IMG/VR virus record: IMGVR_UViG_3300030503_000212
Span: 1 to 38,492 of that record
Reading direction: 5' to 3' (one strand)
Origin: a virus
Length of the DNA: 38,492 nucleotides
The notes under the pieces are model-generated. The model was not told the origin of the DNA and ran no database searches. It saw only the letters and a program-made list of their open reading frames with translations. The translations under genes and the position numbers were made by a program. Below, piece by piece: positions 34,047 to 38,492 of this stretch (within the stretch, counting starts at the first letter, position 1; each line of letters opens with the position of its first letter).

Positions 34047-34481
34047 ATGATTAAAAATACGGTGGCGGCTGATAAGGCCCTAGTATCCAGCACTGCGGAC
34101 TTGAATGAGCTGAAAGAACTGCTGGAGTATTGGCAGCGTGAGTTACGTCTCGATCATTGGGATATCAACTTGCGTTGGGCAGCTCCGGGTGAAATTCCCA
34201 CGGCGGCAGGAACATCCATCGCAGGCAGATATCATCAGGCTACGATTCTGCTCCAATACCCAGGAGATAGGGCTGTTCGTGATTTAGCGGATGTAGGACT
34301 GGGCTATGAACTTACTCTTGTACACGAGCTGCGCCACATTCAGGAATCTATTTGGCGTGATAATCCCAAGATCGAGGCCGTGATGGACAACGATCCATGG
34401 ATACAGCGTTGGCATGAGGCAATACACGATGCTACGGCTGAGGCTTTGGTGCGTGCAAGGCGCGGTTTACGGAGGTTATGA
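34047..34481 (+). CDS. putative zincin-like metallopeptidase
   Basis: GAGG RBS; WQRELRLDHWDI, TLVHELRH (HExxH). Confidence 0.7.
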   Translation: MIKNTVAADKALVSSTADLNELKELLEYWQRELRLDHWDINLRWAAPGEIPTAAGTSIAGRYHQATILLQYPGDRAVRDLADVGLGYELTLVHELRHIQESIWRDNPKIEAVMDNDPWIQRWHEAIHDATAEALVRARRGLRRL

Positions 34482-34540
34482 TGCTGCGTAGGAGCATACG
34501 TTTGTAACAAACAATTCAACAGTAAGTGAGGATCAATACT

Positions 34541-34801
34541 ATGTGGGTTTGGGCAAATAATCATCCCGAGTTACTTTGTATTATTGTTGTGACAATTCTC
34601 TTGTGTGTGTATGCCTATGTACAAGCACTCATGGGTTTTGTAGAGTTTAGATTTGGCCGCACGTTTCCCGGTCGCAGACAAAAACGAGTGATTGAGGTCA
34701 TGCCACCTGTTGATGATAGTGTCGATGCGTGGAACGCATTTGTAGATCGATTTAATGCTGAGGTTGAAAAGTGCCGCTTGGAAAAACGCATTAAAGAGTA
34801 A
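34541..34801 (+). CDS. small single-TM protein
   Basis: GAGGA RBS; hydrophobic LLCIIVVTILLCVYAYV. Confidence 0.65.
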   Translation: MWVWANNHPELLCIIVVTILLCVYAYVQALMGFVEFRFGRTFPGRRQKRVIEVMPPVDDSVDAWNAFVDRFNAEVEKCRLEKRIKE

Positions 34802-34820
34802 TCAACACTCGCAAGACACA

Positions 34821-35624
34821 ATGACTAAGCCTGACACATCACGACCGATAGATATTCTCCATGAGGCGGCACGCACCACATTCGCTGTGGGTAAGTTTGT
34901 TTACTTAAAAGAGGTGCGTGATGCTACGGGTTTTGATGCTGTACGTACAGCTGATGCTATGGCTATAGGCATGTACAGATCCGCAGGCCGGGCGATCCAT
35001 GGCTTTGAAATGAAAGTCTCGCGACAAGACTGGCTTAAGGAACTAAAACAGCCGGAGAAATCTGAAAGTCTGTTACGTTTTTGCGATACGTGGTCACTGA
35101 TAGCGTCAACAGAAAGTATCGTTCATGATGGAGAGCTGCCTCCATTGTGGGGATTCGGTATACCGCATAGAGCTCGATCCAATGCCAGCTGGCGAATCAA
35201 GTGGTTAGTCAAACCTCCTGAGCTCAAGCCTATGCCTTACGATATCGTGTTCTTGACAGCGTTGATAGCATCGGCTCAGGCACAACCCGGTATTGATGCT
35301 CGCAAACTTATTGATGAGTCTTACAAGCAGGGTCAGGCTTACAGTCGTAGCATTATTGCGAATCGTGAAACTAAGATTACTAGGCTCGAAAAGATTATTG
35401 AAACGTTCAGTCATGCCTCCGGTGTACAACTTAGTTCTTGGATGGCCGATTCAGATGTGGTTGAGGCTGCTGCTGCTTATAAGGAATTTCGTCTTACACG
35501 TCATACACTAGACAATAAGCGTATGGAGCTGCAAGACCTCTATCACCATTCAGAGCGTATTACGAACGGTATCCGCAAGGTGCTCAAAATCGAGGAGAGT
35601 AATGGCACAACAATTGAGTCTTAG
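34821..35624 (+). CDS. PD-(D/E)xK nuclease, MmcB-like
   Basis: KEV, RTADAMAIG, GFEMKVSRQDWLKEL. Confidence 0.75.
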   Translation: MTKPDTSRPIDILHEAARTTFAVGKFVYLKEVRDATGFDAVRTADAMAIGMYRSAGRAIHGFEMKVSRQDWLKELKQPEKSESLLRFCDTWSLIASTESIVHDGELPPLWGFGIPHRARSNASWRIKWLVKPPELKPMPYDIVFLTALIASAQAQPGIDARKLIDESYKQGQAYSRSIIANRETKITRLEKIIETFSHASGVQLSSWMADSDVVEAAAAYKEFRLTRHTLDNKRMELQDLYHHSERITNGIRKVLKIEESNGTTIES

Positions 35625-36633
35625 AATGCGTCCGCGTAGATTTGCAGACATGATCGATCAAGAGGCGGTTACTGATGAGCTGGCAAATTACTACGTAGAT
35701 AACAGTGATTTGCCGGTCGCATTGATGTTTACCGGTCCATCTGGTGTAGGCAAGACAACACTCGCAAGACTGTGTGCTGTGTCATTAGAATGTCCTCATT
35801 CAACAGAATTTGGAAATCCGTGCAAAGAATGCTACTGGGCATCCGTAGATCCAGAGCAGTACGAGTTTGATGAGTTCAACTCAGATATTACAGAGGTCAA
35901 CTGTGGTGACATGTCAGTTGAGGAGCTACGTAAGTTGATGGCACATGCGATCTACGCTCCTAGTAATGGAGCGCGGTTTCGTACGTACATACTGGATGAG
36001 TTGCAAATTTTGTCACCACAATCTCAAAAGTTCTTGTTCAAAATTCTAGAGGATTCTCCCGCATCAACAAAGTTTTACCTCTGCACGACCGAACCCGAGG
36101 ACATTCTTGAGGCAGTCGTGAATCGCTGTGTCAGCTATCAGCTCAGACATCTGACAGAGGACGGACTTAATCATTTGGTTGAAAAGCTGATCGTCAAGAG
36201 CAAGTCAGACTTGGACCCCGTGACATTGGCTAATCTCCTGATTGAGAATCGGGTATGGTCGCACAGAGCTGTCACCCAAGCTGTTACAAAGTACCTTTCC
36301 GGAGCCACACCAGCCGCTGCTGCCTCGTGTGCAGGTTTAGAGGGTCTGGACATCGGTCTCATCAGTCGCTACGTCATTAGCGGCGACTGGGGGTTATTGA
36401 GCAAGGTGTTGCAGGATGCTGAGGATAGTCAGTTTCGAGTGATTCGAAATAATGTTGCGTTGTACCTACATGCTATGTTGTTGTCAGAACAGGCATCGGG
36501 CGAGAAACGTAAACAACTTGCAAAGGGAATTGCCCGTTTATCCCAAGTAAATCTAAGGGACAGTCAGATACTGAAAGCGGCGGTTACATCGGCACTGCAC
36601 GATGTGATGCTATTGTTCATGCGGAATGCTTGA
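35602..36633 (+). CDS. dnaX: clamp loader, DNA polymerase III gamma/tau-like AAA+ ATPase
   Basis: MRPRRFADM, GPSGVGKTT, C..PCKEC, ILDE, FKILED, NRC. Confidence 0.85.
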   Translation: MAQQLSLRMRPRRFADMIDQEAVTDELANYYVDNSDLPVALMFTGPSGVGKTTLARLCAVSLECPHSTEFGNPCKECYWASVDPEQYEFDEFNSDITEVNCGDMSVEELRKLMAHAIYAPSNGARFRTYILDELQILSPQSQKFLFKILEDSPASTKFYLCTTEPEDILEAVVNRCVSYQLRHLTEDGLNHLVEKLIVKSKSDLDPVTLANLLIENRVWSHRAVTQAVTKYLSGATPAAAASCAGLEGLDIGLISRYVISGDWGLLSKVLQDAEDSQFRVIRNNVALYLHAMLLSEQASGEKRKQLAKGIARLSQVNLRDSQILKAAVTSALHDVMLLFMRNA

Positions 36634-36668
36634 TGAGTTCGTAATACGTCAACACAAAGTCAAGACGC

Positions 36669-36674
36669 TATAAT
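36669..36674 (+). promoter_or_regulatory. -10 element (gcTATAAT), leaderless start
   Basis: 6 nt before ATG 36681, no SD. Confidence 0.55.
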
Positions 36675-36680
36675 CTATGC

Positions 36681-38492
36681 ATGAGCGGATCATACATTCT
36701 TACAGGTGACTGGCAAGCCCGGTCATCGAATCTTGAAACCATACGACTTGCTATTGAGCGTGAGAACGCAGTCATGCGCGAGTACGGGGCAGACTTTGTG
36801 ATCGACTTAGGCGATCTTAAAGATCCGTACAATCCTTTGGACGCTCGTTTAGCAATGGTGATGCAGGATCGTTTTCTGCATAAGCAACACTTTGTCGTAA
36901 AAGGCAACCACGACCGGTTGTCACAGAATGACAATGATCTAACGTGGTTTCCTTTGGTGGGTGGTGTAGAAAACTTTGTATTGCGTGCCGCTCGCATAGA
37001 AAAGCCCGATGTCATTTTTTATGTTTTGCCGTACAGCAACAACGGGGACGAACTACGTAAGGTAGCTAACGATTTAGCTGCCATGGCTCGTACAGATCGA
37101 GCACAAGAGCCTAAAGGGTCCAAACGTGAGTTTGTGTTGCTGTTCCATTGCGATGTACGTGAAGCTGATTATGGATCAGGCCGACTCAATATTGACAGCA
37201 TCGGTATGGGCGATTTGCAGTTTGATGCCTATGACTATGCATTCGGCGGACACGTACATAAGCCTCAAGAGCTTGTGCCTAGCATGGCCTATTATGTGGG
37301 TTCCCCATTTTGTCAGGACTGGGGAGAGGCTAATCAGGTTAAGCGATTTTTGGTGTACACGCCGGGTAAAGGTGTAAAGTCGGTGCCGGTCGGTCTACCT
37401 GGGTTTTACGATTGGGATGTGGCTAAGACATTGTCGGTAGAATCATTGGCTGGCTCAACAGTAAGATTCCATATTAGAGCCAAAGATGGAGCTCACTATC
37501 GGGCGCTGGAGGTCAAACGCCGCGAGCAATTTGCAGGCAAATATCCGAATACGATGCTGCACTGTGTGCCGGAGTATGAGCAAACAGAGATAGCAGATTA
37601 CACTTTCACCCAGGGCAACGATGAGACAAAGGTGCGTGAGTTCATCCGTCAGACGAAAGACGACGACAAAGCACTGGCAGATTATGTCGTAAAGACTCTT
37701 GAGCGGGCCACCACTGTTCGTACATTGAACACAGAGGGTTTGCGATTTGTAGCTGCACGCGGGCACAACTACACCTCATTCGAGGATGTGCGGTTTGACT
37801 ATCGTAAGCGCGGTGTGGTCGTTATAAACGGCAAGAATTTAGATTGGCCGGGGAGATCGAATGCAGCAGGCAAGACCAACATTCAGGATCTGGTTAAGGT
37901 CGGAATGTTTGGTGAGCGCGACAAAGGTAAAGAGGAACGTGCCGATTCATGGGCCTCAGAGACTCTTGCAGGCACAGCGTGGCTTGAAACAATATTCGAT
38001 ACAGCAGCCGGTGATCGTGTCAAAATAAAGCGTTCAAGGAATCCAACGTCTATTCAGATGTTCGTGAATGGTGAGGACAAGTCATCAGGTTTGACCGGAC
38101 GCGAAAAGAATGGGGGTACACAGGGACTTATTGTTGAGTACTCTGGGTACGATCTCCGAATGCTAACAAATGCTGTGTACATCGATCAGGAACGGGCACA
38201 TAAGTTTCTTACTGGCACGCCTAAGGAAAAGTCAGAGCTGCTATACAAGTTCCAAGGACTCGAACGATTTCAGACGGCGCGGGAGTTGGTAGCTGCTGAG
38301 GTTAAAACACAAAAGGAATTGGCAACGCGGTTGGATCGTGAGTGCGTAGCAGCTAAAGCCACACACGAGGCGGCAGTGCTCACACATCAGGATGCTCATG
38401 CGGTTTTAGAATCAGCCATAGCTGAAACCGCTGCTACTGCAAAGGCTTTGGAATTGCGGAGCAACGCTGTTGACGAATACATGCCTACGTAT
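36681..38492 (+). CDS. fused SbcD/Mre11 nuclease - SbcC/Rad50 ATPase, 3'-truncated by window edge (absent from ORF track)
   Basis: Manually translated with no stop: TGDWQ, LGDLKD, KGNHD, FGGHVH, YVGSP..DWGE, then HNYTSF, SNAAGKTN (Walker A), YIDQ (Q-loop) and start of coiled coil. Confidence 0.88.
   Translation, partial: MSGSYILTGDWQARSSNLETIRLAIERENAVMREYGADFVIDLGDLKDPYNPLDARLAMVMQDRFLHKQHFVVKGNHDRLSQNDNDLTWFPLVGGVENFVLRAARIEKPDVIFYVLPYSNNGDELRKVANDLAAMARTDRAQEPKGSKREFVLLFHCDVREADYGSGRLNIDSIGMGDLQFDAYDYAFGGHVHKPQELVPSMAYYVGSPFCQDWGEANQVKRFLVYTPGKGVKSVPVGLPGFYDWDVAKTLSVESLAGSTVRFHIRAKDGAHYRALEVKRREQFAGKYPNTMLHCVPEYEQTEIADYTFTQGNDETKVREFIRQTKDDDKALADYVVKTLERATTVRTLNTEGLRFVAARGHNYTSFEDVRFDYRKRGVVVINGKNLDWPGRSNAAGKTNIQDLVKVGMFGERDKGKEERADSWASETLAGTAWLETIFDTAAGDRVKIKRSRNPTSIQMFVNGEDKSSGLTGREKNGGTQGLIVEYSGYDLRMLTNAVYIDQERAHKFLTGTPKEKSELLYKFQGLERFQTARELVAAEVKTQKELATRLDRECVAAKATHEAAVLTHQDAHAVLESAIAETAATAKALELRSNAVDEYMPTY

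Noticed and set aside
159-34530. Recurrent motif as an IHF site or LexA box
   Set aside because: Does not fit WATCAANNNNTTR or the LexA boxes I know; left unassigned
442-37766. Minus-strand and alternate-frame ORFs in the track
   Set aside because: They shadow + strand genes or RNA modules and lack RBS and recognisable motifs
1-38492. Genome-wide stop-codon reassignment
   Set aside because: TGA and TAG terminate many well-defined genes, often with ATGA/TAGTG coupling, and long genes are intact under code 11

Overview
This is a 38.5-kb segment of a large dsDNA bacteriophage (or phage-like element). Essentially all credible genes lie on the + strand; no integrase or structural genes are in view and the host cannot be assigned. 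Left part: small accessory genes, a TopoVI-A/Toprim-like protein and a HerA-like ATPase. 6.17-8.80 kb: a dense non-coding RNA cluster, apparently one transcript from a TATAAT promoter to an intrinsic terminator. It holds tRNA-Asn(GTT), two tRNA-like RNAs with non-canonical anticodon arms, about ten back-to-back structured RNA modules each closed by a long terminal stem, and a circularly permuted (two-piece) tmRNA with a 30-aa tag and a structured 130-nt intervening segment. Middle and right: two methyltransferases, a ParB-like protein and a near-complete replication/recombination module (DnaB-like helicase, primase, 5'-3' exonuclease, sigma-like/histone-like fusion, beta-clamp-like protein, UDG-PolA, UvsY-like protein, SSB, RecA with an HNH intein, clamp loader, fused SbcD-SbcC). 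A quasi-palindromic CAAC-N5-GTTG motif recurs throughout and is triplicated upstream of the ParB-like gene. All family assignments come from motif recognition by eye, not from database searches.
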